The notes below the pieces were generated by a model. That model ran no database searches. It saw only the letters and a list, made by a program, of their open reading frames with translations, and was not told where the DNA came from. A stretch of 59,525 nucleotides of DNA from a virus (Duplodnaviria; Caudoviricetes): IMG/VR virus record IMGVR_UViG_3300044530_001484, positions 1 to 59,525 of that record; one strand, written 5' to 3'. Shown one piece after another: positions 37,770 to 48,528 of the stretch (position 1 is its first letter; each line of letters starts with the position of its first letter). The translations under genes and the position numbers were made by a program.

Positions 37770-38420
37770 TTATACATCTAATTCTTCAAGCTTTATATTT
37801 TTAAAAAGTATATTTCCTTCATATTGCTCCATATGACTCCACACTTCTACAAACCCTGCTTCGTTTAAAAAATTTGTAAATTCATCTCGAGTTATAACCC
37901 CCTTATAGGTTTCTATTAATGCAACTTCTGTATGTATATATCTTGTTTTGCTTAATATTTTGGGTGAGTTTTTTAAGACAACAGGTTCGAATCCTTGTAG
38001 GTCGAGCCACATAAAATCAATAATATCCAATTTTTCATTAATATACCACTCATCTAGATTAATCGTATTAACTTCAATTTCGTTATTAAACGTTATATCA
38101 CTATATACCTCTAAGTGAGCTTTAGGCTTGAGTAGAGATGAAGATCCCCACGCGCTCCCACGGTTATCACTTACATTAATAATACTCACCCCTGTAATAT
38201 CAGATAGAGCAAGATTTGATAAAATTACATTTGTTCTATCAGATAATTTACTTTTTGTAATGTTGTATAATTCAGGTATTGGTTCAAAGGCATATAGTTT
38301 ACCGGTGGTTAGGAAATCACTGAAGATTTCTGTATCTGTACCATCTGATGTGCCAGCTTCAACTATTGTTGAATCTCTATCTAAGTGTGTATATAACCAC
38401 TGTTTAATATATTGGTCCAT
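37770..38420 (-). CDS. FkbM-family methyltransferase
   Basis: VEAGTSDG, AFEP, SSSLL and WLDLQGFE. Confidence 0.85.
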   Translation of the reverse strand: MDQYIKQWLYTHLDRDSTIVEAGTSDGTDTEIFSDFLTTGKLYAFEPIPELYNITKSKLSDRTNVILSNLALSDITGVSIINVSDNRGSAWGSSSLLKPKAHLEVYSDITFNNEIEVNTINLDEWYINEKLDIIDFMWLDLQGFEPVVLKNSPKILSKTRYIHTEVALIETYKGVITRDEFTNFLNEAGFVEVWSHMEQYEGNILFKNIKLEELDV

Positions 38421-39280
38421 TATTGTATAAATGATTTAAGGTTAATTTCTTGATAATAATCTTCTAGAAAGATTTCTTTACTAGGTGTAAAGGGTGTATT
38501 TAGTAGGTTGGGAATTTCATTGACAGTTTTAAAAGTCCTACATGTATGTAAAAGTTCGGGGTAGTAGTGTAATAATTTATCTGTAACTTGCTGAATAACT
38601 ACAGTATTAAGATGTCTGGCTTCATAATGTCTAATATTAACGAATGTGCCTGTACCGAAAGGGTTAAGTATATATTTAACACTATTAATTTTATTAATAA
38701 ACTCATTATAGCTAAGAGTATTATTTGTTACAATTGCTTCAAATTCTATTGGTAAATTTATTTTTTTAATATCTTCTATTATACATGATCGATTTTGATA
38801 TTGCTCACCATATATACAGCCTAAAAAAAGAAGCTTATCTGCTTTTTCTTCCCACGGTATTGGTTCTTGCAATTTAGTATCTCGCGAAATAAACTGTTTG
38901 CATGGAGTTGCATCTTTAAGTATGTGAAGGTCATCTATATCCGCTATAAATTGATACTTATTATGTATTGTATTAAATTTGTTTTGAATGTCTTCATTCC
39001 ATGGGAAGTGTGAATTAAAGATCTTTTCATAATTAAAAGCAATTACACGAATATTTTTACTATTTAAATGATTAATAAAGTTAGGATCAGCCCATATTTC
39101 AGCATTATGGTGTTCATGAAGGATAAATAAACAACTTATATCAGAGGATATAAGTTGTTGTAAGCTCTCTATATGAAAAAAATCACTGTCATTAAATGTG
39201 TTTTTTAGACCACTAATAATATTTGTAAAAAATGTTGTAGTGTCACTATGCTTAAGTTGATGTAATATACCTATTTTCAT
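38420..39280 (-). CDS. Putative GT-B glycosyltransferase
   Basis: LLFLGCIY..R, ILNP.G..NIRHYEA; start moved from 39322 to ATG 39280. Confidence 0.5.
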   Translation of the reverse strand: MKIGILHQLKHSDTTTFFTNIISGLKNTFNDSDFFHIESLQQLISSDISCLFILHEHHNAEIWADPNFINHLNSKNIRVIAFNYEKIFNSHFPWNEDIQNKFNTIHNKYQFIADIDDLHILKDATPCKQFISRDTKLQEPIPWEEKADKLLFLGCIYGEQYQNRSCIIEDIKKINLPIEFEAIVTNNTLSYNEFINKINSVKYILNPFGTGTFVNIRHYEARHLNTVVIQQVTDKLLHYYPELLHTCRTFKTVNEIPNLLNTPFTPSKEIFLEDYYQEINLKSFIQ

Positions 39281-40155
39281 AATATGTGAGAATTTAAAAA
39301 GAACGGAGCTGTTGGAAAACACATATTATAAGGTGTGTCTCTAAATAGAAAGTTTTTTGGTTGGTATATGACTGTTTTATTATAAATTGCAGCTGTTAGG
39401 CAGAAAGTTGAATTAGAACAGATAATATTTTTAGCAAGATGTAATGTAAGCCAGTCTATAAAATATAGATTAGCGCTATATTCAAAATCGAGTAGGGGGA
39501 ATTTTTTTTGTAAGGTGGGTATGTTTGTTAAGAAGTTTATATCCTCAGTGAAGATATAAACCTTTGTTATTTCTTCATAATTATTTACCATATGCTCTAA
39601 ACATTCTATATAGTAGTCTAGACTAATTCTAACATCACCCCACTCATTTGGGTAATTGGCAAAATCTGTACCTCTATAATGCAAACATATAGAGGTATTG
39701 TTTATTATTTCTCGCTGCTGATTACGTACACTTTCTAATAATTCCTTTTTAAATTTGAGAGTTTTAAATATTTCATACGATGGAAACAGCGGTGTATTAT
39801 GAAACCACCCACCAACCCAAAAATTGTCCGGGAAATTAATCTGCTTATTATAGAGTAGATTAAGTGAGCTTAATAAATTTCTCCTATCTTTATCTTTATA
39901 AATTTCTATATCACCGCCCCATTCCTCATCAAATAAATTAACAATTTCTTCGGGAGGGTCGCATTTATATTCACTTAAATCAAATATTTCATCTAAATTA
40001 GAGTCTGTTGTTATACGTAGGTTTAAGTTTTGTAAAGAGCTTAAATTAAGGCAAAATAAAAGATGTAATATATGATTACCAAAAGAAGCGTTTGGACCAC
40101 ATACTGTCATGTGCTCCTGACTTGTATAGATTGTTTTTAATCCTTTATTAGACAT
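39277..40155 (-). CDS. Alpha-1,2-fucosyltransferase-like (GT11)
   Basis: FGNH, LHYRGTDF and ICSNSTF. Confidence 0.75.
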   Translation of the reverse strand: MSNKGLKTIYTSQEHMTVCGPNASFGNHILHLLFCLNLSSLQNLNLRITTDSNLDEIFDLSEYKCDPPEEIVNLFDEEWGGDIEIYKDKDRRNLLSSLNLLYNKQINFPDNFWVGGWFHNTPLFPSYEIFKTLKFKKELLESVRNQQREIINNTSICLHYRGTDFANYPNEWGDVRISLDYYIECLEHMVNNYEEITKVYIFTEDINFLTNIPTLQKKFPLLDFEYSANLYFIDWLTLHLAKNIICSNSTFCLTAAIYNKTVIYQPKNFLFRDTPYNMCFPTAPFFLNSHIL

Positions 40156-40742
40156 GTTTGTCTGCCAGTAAAAATTAATTTATAATTACTATCTATTAAG
40201 TAGGGTACAAGCAGAGCGCCCTTACCGTTCATACCGTTAGGATCAATAAAAAAGCCGCTGCTAGAATTAAACCCAACATCTGTATCATCTATTAAAATAA
40301 TATGTTTGGTGTTAAGCTTATCATACGCTGCATGGTAAGCTTCTAGATGCTTTTCACTTGCATCGCTGTGATCAACATCCCACGCGTCTAAAAAAAGTAA
40401 ATCAATTTTTTTATCAAAGTTTTTTAAGAACTCTATACCATCACCATTAGTAACCCTCCACTTATTATTTAAATTGAGAGTTTTAAGTAAATCTCGTGTT
40501 AGATCGGTAGACTCACTATTAATATCGACACTATAAAACTCTTCACAAGCAGGAGCTAATATTAAACTGCTATGCCCTTCCATACAGCAACCGTGGCTAT
40601 AATCATCTATATGATGGTTAATAGGTGTTCTATTTGTACCTATTTCAACTATAACTTTAGTTTTAAATTTTTCAAATATTTCTAAAGCCTGTTTAAGATA
40701 CGTATAAGGCTTGTCACGCTTGTCCCAATCAACACTATTCAT
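40137..40742 (-). CDS. Class I SAM methyltransferase
   Basis: IVEIGT, DLLFLDA, ILIDD and GKG. Confidence 0.7.
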   Translation of the reverse strand: MNSVDWDKRDKPYTYLKQALEIFEKFKTKVIVEIGTNRTPINHHIDDYSHGCCMEGHSSLILAPACEEFYSVDINSESTDLTRDLLKTLNLNNKWRVTNGDGIEFLKNFDKKIDLLFLDAWDVDHSDASEKHLEAYHAAYDKLNTKHIILIDDTDVGFNSSSGFFIDPNGMNGKGALLVPYLIDSNYKLIFTGRQTCLIKD

Positions 40743-40777
40743 ATATTTTTATATACAATAGTGTCTAATATATGCAA

Positions 40778-41545
40778 CTACATCCACGAGCAATCCCACA
40801 TATGGCAACAGAATGTTTCTTTTTTAATGTATGAAGTATAGTTGTTTCCTTTATTTTTACAAATATTAAAATTAGGGTAAGGGTATAAAAATGAATTAGG
40901 TAGCGCTACTATATTATCGAGATGTATATTTTTAAATAATTTTCTTGTTGTGAGATAAGGTCCTGTTGTGTCAATTACTTCCATAGCATCCCCGCATTTT
41001 ACTTCTTTATCTAAATTTAACATATCCTCTATAATAGGGCTTTTTATACTACACCCTATAATACTATTAAGAACAGTGGGTTCACGGTCGTATGCTATTC
41101 CACAAAAAAAGTCTAAATCTAATAATTCGGTAAAGGGTCGATTGATAATAAAATCTGTATCACAATAAATACCACCAAAATTATATAAAATTTCCAGACG
41201 CAATAAATCTGACTTTTGACCAAAATTAGGAGTTTTTAAAAATTGGTTGTAATTTTTAAATGACGGTAAATTTTGTATTGTATCGTCAGTCCATAAAATA
41301 TAATTCCAATTATCAGGAAGACTTTTTCTTATATTATCACATTGTTGCTTTTGCTTTAACGGTATATTACCACCGAGCCATATTTGATGTATCGTTTTTG
41401 GTATAACTTCCTTCTGCTTTTGTCTTGTTTTTATATTATCATATACCGTTTTAAGACTATCCCATTTATCTTCCAATTCTCGCTCTGTATTATAATAAAC
41501 CGAGTTAGACATTGAAGATTCAAAACTAGGCCAATTATTTTTCAT
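40778..41545 (-). CDS. GT32 (Och1-like, DxD) glycosyltransferase
   Basis: IPKTIHQIWLG, SDLLRLEILYNFGGIYCDTD and TGP. Confidence 0.85.
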   Translation of the reverse strand: MKNNWPSFESSMSNSVYYNTERELEDKWDSLKTVYDNIKTRQKQKEVIPKTIHQIWLGGNIPLKQKQQCDNIRKSLPDNWNYILWTDDTIQNLPSFKNYNQFLKTPNFGQKSDLLRLEILYNFGGIYCDTDFIINRPFTELLDLDFFCGIAYDREPTVLNSIIGCSIKSPIIEDMLNLDKEVKCGDAMEVIDTTGPYLTTRKLFKNIHLDNIVALPNSFLYPYPNFNICKNKGNNYTSYIKKETFCCHMWDCSWM

Positions 41546-42389
41546 TTGTTAGTCTATTAAGTATTTGTTTACACATACCTTCAAGTGTGAAGTATTGCTG
41601 ATATATTCTTTGACCTTGTTCTAACATTTCTTTTTGCTGCTCATCAGATATACAGGTCAATTTATCCTTTAATTGATTAATATCATTTTCATGTATAAGT
41701 ATACAAAAACTACTCCAATCAATAACATCTTCAAAAGGAAACCACCTTTTGTCATATATAATAACAGGTATTGAATTAAGCTGTATAGCTTCATATATTC
41801 TAAAACTCTGCGCTCCGTATCCACGTGGACATAGGGTAAATTTTGACCGCTTGGTTGTATCTATAAATGTAAGTAATCTATCATTAGATACCTGAGGTGT
41901 CCAGTTTTGTGGTGAAAAAACAATATCTGAATCAGTATGATATAGTCTATATATTTTTTCTCTTAAAGATCCTTCAATTATTGAACCTACAAAAGAACAA
42001 AATATATCTTTTTTAACAGGAATTAATAATTGAGGATCTAGTTGTGAGCATATTAATGGTATTGGTATTCCATTGGTATTACCACCTGCCTCAAAACTTA
42101 GCGTATTATTTGGAAGCCTTTCTGTAACAGCATCATCATGCTGTGATATAGTAAAGTATTTACCTATAGGTAAACAATCTAAATAAGGCTGTATTAAATG
42201 TCTATTTATATTTGTAATATAAACATTAGTCCAGAATACGGGTATAAGAGTATAACCAGTTTTATCAAAACTTTCCTTATTATTTAAATAAAAATTATAA
42301 AAATATTCTTCCAAGTATTTTCCTTGATGATAGGGCGGATAAACAGGGTAATCAGCAGGCGGTCTTAAGTTTTTAAAATTAATAGACAT
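41535..42389 (-). CDS. Exostosin-family (GT47) glycosyltransferase
   Basis: SKFTLCPRGYG..SFRIYEAI...IPV..PFEDVIDW. Confidence 0.8.
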   Translation of the reverse strand: MSINFKNLRPPADYPVYPPYHQGKYLEEYFYNFYLNNKESFDKTGYTLIPVFWTNVYITNINRHLIQPYLDCLPIGKYFTISQHDDAVTERLPNNTLSFEAGGNTNGIPIPLICSQLDPQLLIPVKKDIFCSFVGSIIEGSLREKIYRLYHTDSDIVFSPQNWTPQVSNDRLLTFIDTTKRSKFTLCPRGYGAQSFRIYEAIQLNSIPVIIYDKRWFPFEDVIDWSSFCILIHENDINQLKDKLTCISDEQQKEMLEQGQRIYQQYFTLEGMCKQILNRLTNEK

Positions 42390-42433
42390 AATATTATTTT
42401 ATATGGAATTGTAATATGCATTAATAGTATTAA

Positions 42434-43168
42434 CTACCATGTTATTAACACATTTTTAGGATGTGTTTGTGGAATTTCTCTATTAACTTTTACTTTATGA
42501 TTTTTAATTTTTTGGATAAACTCTTGATGACTATAACCATTCATGTTATTATATATCATATAGCAGTGTTGTGAATTATTAACTACCTTATCTATATACA
42601 TATCTTGAATATCTTTTGCGCATTCAGAGAAAGCGTAGTTACTAATTACCAAATCTGATGATATATTCGTAAAGTCACTCGTACCATCAATATATTCCAA
42701 TTCAATATCATCTAACTTAAGCTCGGTTATATATTTACGTGTAAGATTTATAACGGAAGGTAAATCAATAAAGGTATATTTCTTAGGTTTAAATAATTGA
42801 CGCAATACAGAATATTGACCGCCATAGCCTACACCTATTTCAACAATATGCAAGTTGTTTATATTAATCTGTGAAAGGTCGTTTAGTACTTTAACATATC
42901 GTAGCGTTGTTGGTGAGAAATTACCTATATTATCATAATTAAAGGTAATTGGTTTACCAATAATATCGTTAATTTTAAATTTCTCAATATTATCTATAAT
43001 GTCCTTATTAGTAAGTTGTTGTAAGTATTCAACACCTTCTTCATAAGTAACATGCTCTAATATTTCATTATATGATGAGCTACGCTTAAAATTTTTGAAT
43101 ATATCAAAATTATCTACAGCTTCTTTACAAAAATTAGGATACCTTTGATTGTTAGAAATACTACTCAT
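42434..43168 (-). CDS. Putative sugar O-methyltransferase
   Basis: SPTTLRY, VEIGVGYGGQ, IDLP and SNYAFSE. Confidence 0.75.
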   Translation of the reverse strand: MSSISNNQRYPNFCKEAVDNFDIFKNFKRSSSYNEILEHVTYEEGVEYLQQLTNKDIIDNIEKFKINDIIGKPITFNYDNIGNFSPTTLRYVKVLNDLSQININNLHIVEIGVGYGGQYSVLRQLFKPKKYTFIDLPSVINLTRKYITELKLDDIELEYIDGTSDFTNISSDLVISNYAFSECAKDIQDMYIDKVVNNSQHCYMIYNNMNGYSHQEFIQKIKNHKVKVNREIPQTHPKNVLITW

Positions 43169-43905
43169 ATTATTATTTTATAAGATTTATTATTTTTTAT
43201 GAATAAATCTACATCGTCTTTTTGTGGATCTGTATACCACCAACCTAAGCTTTTATTACGACGTGAGAGTGGGATGTATATTTCTTCTGGATCACCTAAG
43301 AACGAAGCCCACCACGCAAAAGTTGATTGTGACATAATTATTTTTTTTGCATTCGCAATAAAGAGAAAATCTTCTAATATTGTACTACTTTGAATTTTAG
43401 CTTTATATTCCTGTTGTAGCGCTATCACATCATTATCTATATGCTCGACAACAATTGTTAAATCGTCTTTATTAACATTATTAAGAATTTTTCTATAATT
43501 TTCTATACCCAGATAAACACCTATATCCTTATAATCACCATTTCTAATATATAAAGCAGTGTTATTATGTCTTATACCTGCTGTTGCTTCTATAAAAAAT
43601 TCTCTTAATTTATCTCTATAATTTGTATAATATTCTTGACGCTGTGCAAAAGAATTAATGATTATATCACCATCATGATTACATATATTATCTATATTAA
43701 TAAAGTGATCACCATATTGTCTCGTATAAAGTGGGTTTACTATATCACCTATAGTTGTACATAGTTGTGTATTCTTAAAAAATTCAATAGGCGTTGTAAT
43801 AAGCTCCCTACCCGTCTTTAGATGTATAATATACGCGAGAGCATTTATAAACATTTTATTTCCAATCCCTGTACCTGGTATATTATAGGCAATTATCTTA
43901 TTCAT
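43165..43905 (-). CDS. GT11 fucosyltransferase-like
   Basis: GIGNKMF, YIRNGDY and SQSTFAWWA. Confidence 0.75.
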   Translation of the reverse strand: MNKIIAYNIPGTGIGNKMFINALAYIIHLKTGRELITTPIEFFKNTQLCTTIGDIVNPLYTRQYGDHFINIDNICNHDGDIIINSFAQRQEYYTNYRDKLREFFIEATAGIRHNNTALYIRNGDYKDIGVYLGIENYRKILNNVNKDDLTIVVEHIDNDVIALQQEYKAKIQSSTILEDFLFIANAKKIIMSQSTFAWWASFLGDPEEIYIPLSRRNKSLGWWYTDPQKDDVDLFIKNNKSYKIII

Positions 43906-44825
43906 ACATGTAATGTTATAAATTTGTTATTGAGGTATTTTGTAAATCCGACGGGGGAGAGATAATCGGTATATATTTTTCGAATTAGCTTTTGATGATT
44001 GTGATATTCTTCGTCTGTGATATTACTCCAATAGTTATTAATGATATGATTTATATCACCTATATTATCAATCCATATACCTATATTTTTCCAGTCAATT
44101 ACATCTTCACAAGGTAACGTTATATCTGTATTAATAATTATAGGTATGCACCCTAGTGACATACATTCGTATAATCTATAAGAGAAATTACCTGCTCCAC
44201 TGCAGCATAATATTAAATCAGAATTGCTCATATGGTGTACATAATCCATACGTATATCCTTGTTGTGTATTTTACCTCCCCAGAAACTATCACGTATCTT
44301 AAAATCGCATATAATACTCTGATTTGTAGTTAGCTCATTAATAGCTTTCCGTCTAACTATATTGGTTATTGCTCCGCAAAATCCTACTACTGGTTTTTCT
44401 ACTTTCTTCTTTATATTTAAATTAACTAAATCGAGAAAATCGCAACTCCAAGCAGGTAGTCCAGACTCATTTATTTTTTTCCTAGAGTTAATAATCGATG
44501 TACGGTATATTTCTACAAATTGTGGTAAGCATGATGGGGTATTATTATCATCATTGTAAAAGCATATTAACTTCTTATTAAACTGTTCAGCTAATTTGAT
44601 ATATTTTACTATGTTATTATCTAATTTATATGGATATACAATTACATCACAATCTTCTATACTTGCATATTCTACTAATTCAGTTATATCCTTTATCCAT
44701 GTAGCAGAAGAAGAAAAATCCTTATTAGCTCTAATTATTGATTCATCGAGAAATGGAATAAGTAAGAATTGCTCTGTTATAAAAGAGTTATAATTTACAT
44801 CAGCTTTGTCGAACCATATTTTCAT
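43902..44825 (-). CDS. Exostosin-family (GT47) glycosyltransferase
   Basis: VGFCG, LCCSGAGNFSYRLYE..GCIP..LP..IDW. Confidence 0.75.
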   Translation of the reverse strand: MKIWFDKADVNYNSFITEQFLLIPFLDESIIRANKDFSSSATWIKDITELVEYASIEDCDVIVYPYKLDNNIVKYIKLAEQFNKKLICFYNDDNNTPSCLPQFVEIYRTSIINSRKKINESGLPAWSCDFLDLVNLNIKKKVEKPVVGFCGAITNIVRRKAINELTTNQSIICDFKIRDSFWGGKIHNKDIRMDYVHHMSNSDLILCCSGAGNFSYRLYECMSLGCIPIIINTDITLPCEDVIDWKNIGIWIDNIGDINHIINNYWSNITDEEYHNHQKLIRKIYTDYLSPVGFTKYLNNKFITLHV

Positions 44826-45459
44826 TTAATTTAATCATTTCTAATAGTTTAATTTTATTTTCAACTCCAACGACATAATTAGCGTGATGTAGTAGAATAT
44901 TATTAGGTGGTATAATGTTTGTAATATTGTCCCAAACAAAGGTACCATTAGCATTTTCAAAGAAATTACCAATCGTGTAAAATAAATTTTTATCAAGTGT
45001 TTTATACTTAACTATATCTTTTAAGCTATTAAGAGCAACTTGATCATTAACCATTTCACGGAATTTATTTTTTATGGTTGTAAATAACTCTACCGTTCTA
45101 CTATTAGATTTACACCCAAAAAATCCTGCACATAAACTACCCCTATCTTCCTGACATATAATGTCATTATCTATTAGTTCGGATTGTATATAATGTACGA
45201 ACGGCTTAAAGAACTGTATATCACAATCAGCAAATATAAACTCCTCTGTTTCACTTAATGCGATAAGTATTACATCAAGTTTAATATCCATAGAATCAAG
45301 CCAACCACTAGACATGAATGAACCAGAATTGGTTGTTTGTTTGTGGTAAACAGCTTTAATTAAAACTTCTTCTTTACTATATAATCTACGTAATGAGGTT
45401 TTAAAATAATCCTCATACATCGATTTATGTGTATCACTATAATGTGTATATATTATCAT
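44800..45459 (-). CDS. Nucleotide-diphospho-sugar transferase (GT77-like)
   Basis: FADCDIQF, CAGF, NDQ and HHANY..G..K. Confidence 0.75.
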   Translation of the reverse strand: MIIYTHYSDTHKSMYEDYFKTSLRRLYSKEEVLIKAVYHKQTTNSGSFMSSGWLDSMDIKLDVILIALSETEEFIFADCDIQFFKPFVHYIQSELIDNDIICQEDRGSLCAGFFGCKSNSRTVELFTTIKNKFREMVNDQVALNSLKDIVKYKTLDKNLFYTIGNFFENANGTFVWDNITNIIPPNNILLHHANYVVGVENKIKLLEMIKLNENMVRQS

Positions 45460-46211
45460 GCTAGCTGTAACGTAGTACCATCTATATCAACTACAGACCA
45501 GTTAGGTTCTAACTTTAAGTATTCACTTAATAACTTAACATCCTTAACACGCTCATCAACGAGGTTATACCATAATTGATCACTAATTTTATTAACATCA
45601 GCGACCGCCATTCGTTTAGCAGTATCGTCATGTACATTTTTACCTAAAACCCAATGTCTATGTTCAATCATAATATCACCTCGATATACCAGTCTATCAA
45701 AAGCACTAAATAACTGATGTAACCATTGATCAACCCAATTAATTTTAAATTCTTCTCTCATAAACACTCCTAATACTTCTGCATACTTTCTATGGCAGAA
45801 AAGATTAACAGCAAGTTTAGCGCCGTGGCAATCATCGTTACAGTGCACTGCTTTAATATTATCACTGGGCATCTCTTTAAATTCATTTAAAATCTCTAGA
45901 TCCCAATCCTTAGTCTTAAAAACCATATCATCACCAATCATTGAAATAATATCATCTGTACTTTCTTTGACTAGTATATTCCATAGTTTACCTAAACCTA
46001 AAAACTTACCTTCATTTTCAATCTCAATAACCTTTAAACTAGGTATCCCTTTAGCAACTTTTTTTATTGTCTCCAAGGTCGGATCATCTTTATCAACACC
46101 ATAGTAGATATTAACGTTATTAATATCACTAACGGTTGTTAGTATTGAGAATAATAACGTTAAACGGTTATTCATTCTCTCTCTTGTAGGTACTAGTATA
46201 GCGATTTTCAT
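45456..46211 (-). CDS. GT2-like glycosyltransferase
   Basis: ILVPTRER, MIGDD, WVDQW and IEHRH. Confidence 0.7.
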   Translation of the reverse strand: MKIAILVPTRERMNNRLTLLFSILTTVSDINNVNIYYGVDKDDPTLETIKKVAKGIPSLKVIEIENEGKFLGLGKLWNILVKESTDDIISMIGDDMVFKTKDWDLEILNEFKEMPSDNIKAVHCNDDCHGAKLAVNLFCHRKYAEVLGVFMREEFKINWVDQWLHQLFSAFDRLVYRGDIMIEHRHWVLGKNVHDDTAKRMAVADVNKISDQLWYNLVDERVKDVKLLSEYLKLEPNWSVVDIDGTTLQLA

Positions 46212-46984
46212 TGTAAGTAAATTGATTTAAGGTCTGGGTTAAAGTAGAGTGCTGCTGTAGCCATATTAGATATAGGATGTATTAGGTAATCACATTTAGA
46301 TAGCATATATACATCTATAAAATAGTATATTGCATCTTGTATTGTTCCAGGTAAAAAATGCGGCTCCATATCTGTATCTTTTTCTGTTCTCTTAATATTA
46401 GTTGAATAAACAACTTTTAAATTTTTAGTATTCTTAAAGGATGTTAGATCTACCATATTGTCAACACTAAGTATACATGTTTTTTCACCCGGCATACTTG
46501 ATATAATGCTCATATATTTCTCTATATCTGGCATTATGTTATTATTCTGCTCGCACCTTAACAGCTGATTACGTTTTAATATCCCTATTTTAATAGTATT
46601 CTTATTAGCAAAGCTATTATCTATTATATTAATACTATCTTTAAGCAACTTGGTCGGTTTAATATACTTGTTATAGGTATTATAAAGCTTATTACGCCAT
46701 TCACTATTGCCTGTATATAGATTGTGTGCGTTTTTACCTGTGTACTGTAACTGTTTAAACTCACTAATATTAATTTTAGACTTAATATCTCTACCCTCAT
46801 CGTAACACTCAAACAGATTCGAGAAAACTTCTTCGCAATTATATGCAAAAGCTCCAAACGGTTGCCCCTTTAAATTCCACGTAACTTTAGAAACATCCTC
46901 GTTATGTGTAAGATGTGTTATTATCTTATTAAAATTTGAGAAAAAACCACCCTCATGGTGGTTGAAGTCTATATGAATACTCAC
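46208..46984 (-). CDS. NodZ/O-fucosyltransferase-like protein
   Basis: GGFFSNF and DVYMLSKCDYLI..SN. Confidence 0.55.
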   Translation of the reverse strand: MSIHIDFNHHEGGFFSNFNKIITHLTHNEDVSKVTWNLKGQPFGAFAYNCEEVFSNLFECYDEGRDIKSKINISEFKQLQYTGKNAHNLYTGNSEWRNKLYNTYNKYIKPTKLLKDSINIIDNSFANKNTIKIGILKRNQLLRCEQNNNIMPDIEKYMSIISSMPGEKTCILSVDNMVDLTSFKNTKNLKVVYSTNIKRTEKDTDMEPHFLPGTIQDAIYYFIDVYMLSKCDYLIHPISNMATAALYFNPDLKSIYLQ

Positions 46985-47823
46985 TTTTTAAGTTGTTTAA
47001 TTATTTGTATAACTTGATCCTTTGTTACAAATGGTGGCTCGTTTGGATAATGACCATGCTTTTGTTTATAAATTTCTCTACCACCGTATACATTTTTATG
47101 CCATTGTTCATTATCGTTAGCAATAGATGAATTATTAATAGCATCAGGCGCTTCAGTTAGATATTTGTGACTATCATGTAAATCTGCAAACCACCAAAAT
47201 GGCGGGTGGTAACCTGCTTTGATAATTCTATATGTATGATCAACATGCTCCCATGCATTGTAGAAATCATCATCTATAAAACCTACCTTCTCCAGTACCT
47301 CTTTAGTAAAGAAAGAAAACATAGCGACTGTATGTTCAAATAAAGATACCTTTATATACCCGTAGTCTATAATGAGCTTAGGATTTGGTTCTGTATGTTG
47401 ATCAAGTAAATGTCTGTTGTGTAGATCGAAATTATGTATTGATTGCTTACGATTGAATGGTGAACCAGGACCATAGTTAAAATGATGTATACCGCTAGCT
47501 TTATGAGCTTCAATATATCTATCAAAAATAGTAGGATCTAAAATGAGCATATCATCTTCAATTATAAAAATATAATCGCAACCCTTATCTAAGAGATGCT
47601 GCATAGCTTTATTTTTTGATTTACCTACGCCTATATTAGCTTCGTTATTTACCCACTCTCCGAATGGTAATTCAAAATTTTCTAAAGGAGAGCCGTCATT
47701 AATAATAACCAGATTATCTATAGAAGTCTTACACATAATTAATGTGCCTAATAATCCACGTAGGTAGTCAGGTCGATTACACGTAATTATACCAACACCT
47801 ACCTTACCTCTTACATCGCTCAT
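46981..47823 (-). CDS. GT2 glycosyltransferase
   Basis: GIITCNR, INDG, NIGVGKSKN, IEDD and WEHVD. Confidence 0.8.
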   Translation of the reverse strand: MSDVRGKVGVGIITCNRPDYLRGLLGTLIMCKTSIDNLVIINDGSPLENFELPFGEWVNNEANIGVGKSKNKAMQHLLDKGCDYIFIIEDDMLILDPTIFDRYIEAHKASGIHHFNYGPGSPFNRKQSIHNFDLHNRHLLDQHTEPNPKLIIDYGYIKVSLFEHTVAMFSFFTKEVLEKVGFIDDDFYNAWEHVDHTYRIIKAGYHPPFWWFADLHDSHKYLTEAPDAINNSSIANDNEQWHKNVYGGREIYKQKHGHYPNEPPFVTKDQVIQIIKQLKK

Positions 47824-47877
47824 TACATTGTTAATTATATCACCACTAATAAAAGATCAACTGTAATAAATACATAT

Positions 47878-48528
47878 ATGGCGTGCACAAATGGTACTAA
47901 AACATACGTTAATATAAAAGAGCTTCCGGAAATAAGTGATATTAATAACGGTGACTTTTTAATTGTTGAAACAACTAACGGTACAACTATATTAGATTAT
48001 CAAAATTTCCTCGTAACACTAGATAATACTACATTTGCGGACCAGATCACAACAAATACAACAAATATTGTTACTCTTAGTACAGATTTAGCATCTCTAA
48101 GTAGCTCATCAGCTACTGTATCTCAATTTAATACGCTAAATTCTGCTGTTACAGCTCAATTTAATACCCTAAATTCTGCTGTTACAGCTCTTACATCTAC
48201 AACAGCAACAGATACATATGCTGTATTTAGTTTATCAGGGTATAATAATAATGGTCTCAAACTTTTAAGAGGTTCTAATATTTACTCTCTACAAGTCAAT
48301 CAGGTTTCTCCTAGCTTATCTAGTGTAAAAATAACCTTTAATAATCGCTTCTTAGATAGTAATTATGGATATACTATAAATACACAATTATCTACTATTG
48401 CTGGTCCTGATTCACTTAGTGATATTACTACGGATTATATTAATATCTATATAAAGGATAGATTTTATAATAATAACTCGCTCACTGAGCGTGCTACTAT
48501 TAGAATAGTGGGCGGTCAGACTGCTTGA
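47878..48528 (+). CDS. Fibre-like virion protein
   Basis: VNIKELP..GDFLIVE N-terminus, short coiled coil, beta-rich C-terminus; TAAATA at 47867-47872. Confidence 0.55.
   Translation: MACTNGTKTYVNIKELPEISDINNGDFLIVETTNGTTILDYQNFLVTLDNTTFADQITTNTTNIVTLSTDLASLSSSSATVSQFNTLNSAVTAQFNTLNSAVTALTSTTATDTYAVFSLSGYNNNGLKLLRGSNIYSLQVNQVSPSLSSVKITFNNRFLDSNYGYTINTQLSTIAGPDSLSDITTDYINIYIKDRFYNNNSLTERATIRIVGGQTA
48122..48187 (+). repeat. 33-bp tandem duplication (2 copies, 1 mismatch)
   Basis: ctcaatttaatac(g/c)ctaaattctgctgttacag twice, encoding QFNTLNSAVTA twice. Confidence 0.9.

Noticed and set aside
37770-47823. Bacterial O-antigen/capsule locus or chimeric assembly
   Set aside because: There are no wzx/wzy/ABC export or sugar-synthesis genes, and the array is flanked by phage genes with the same promoter motifs.
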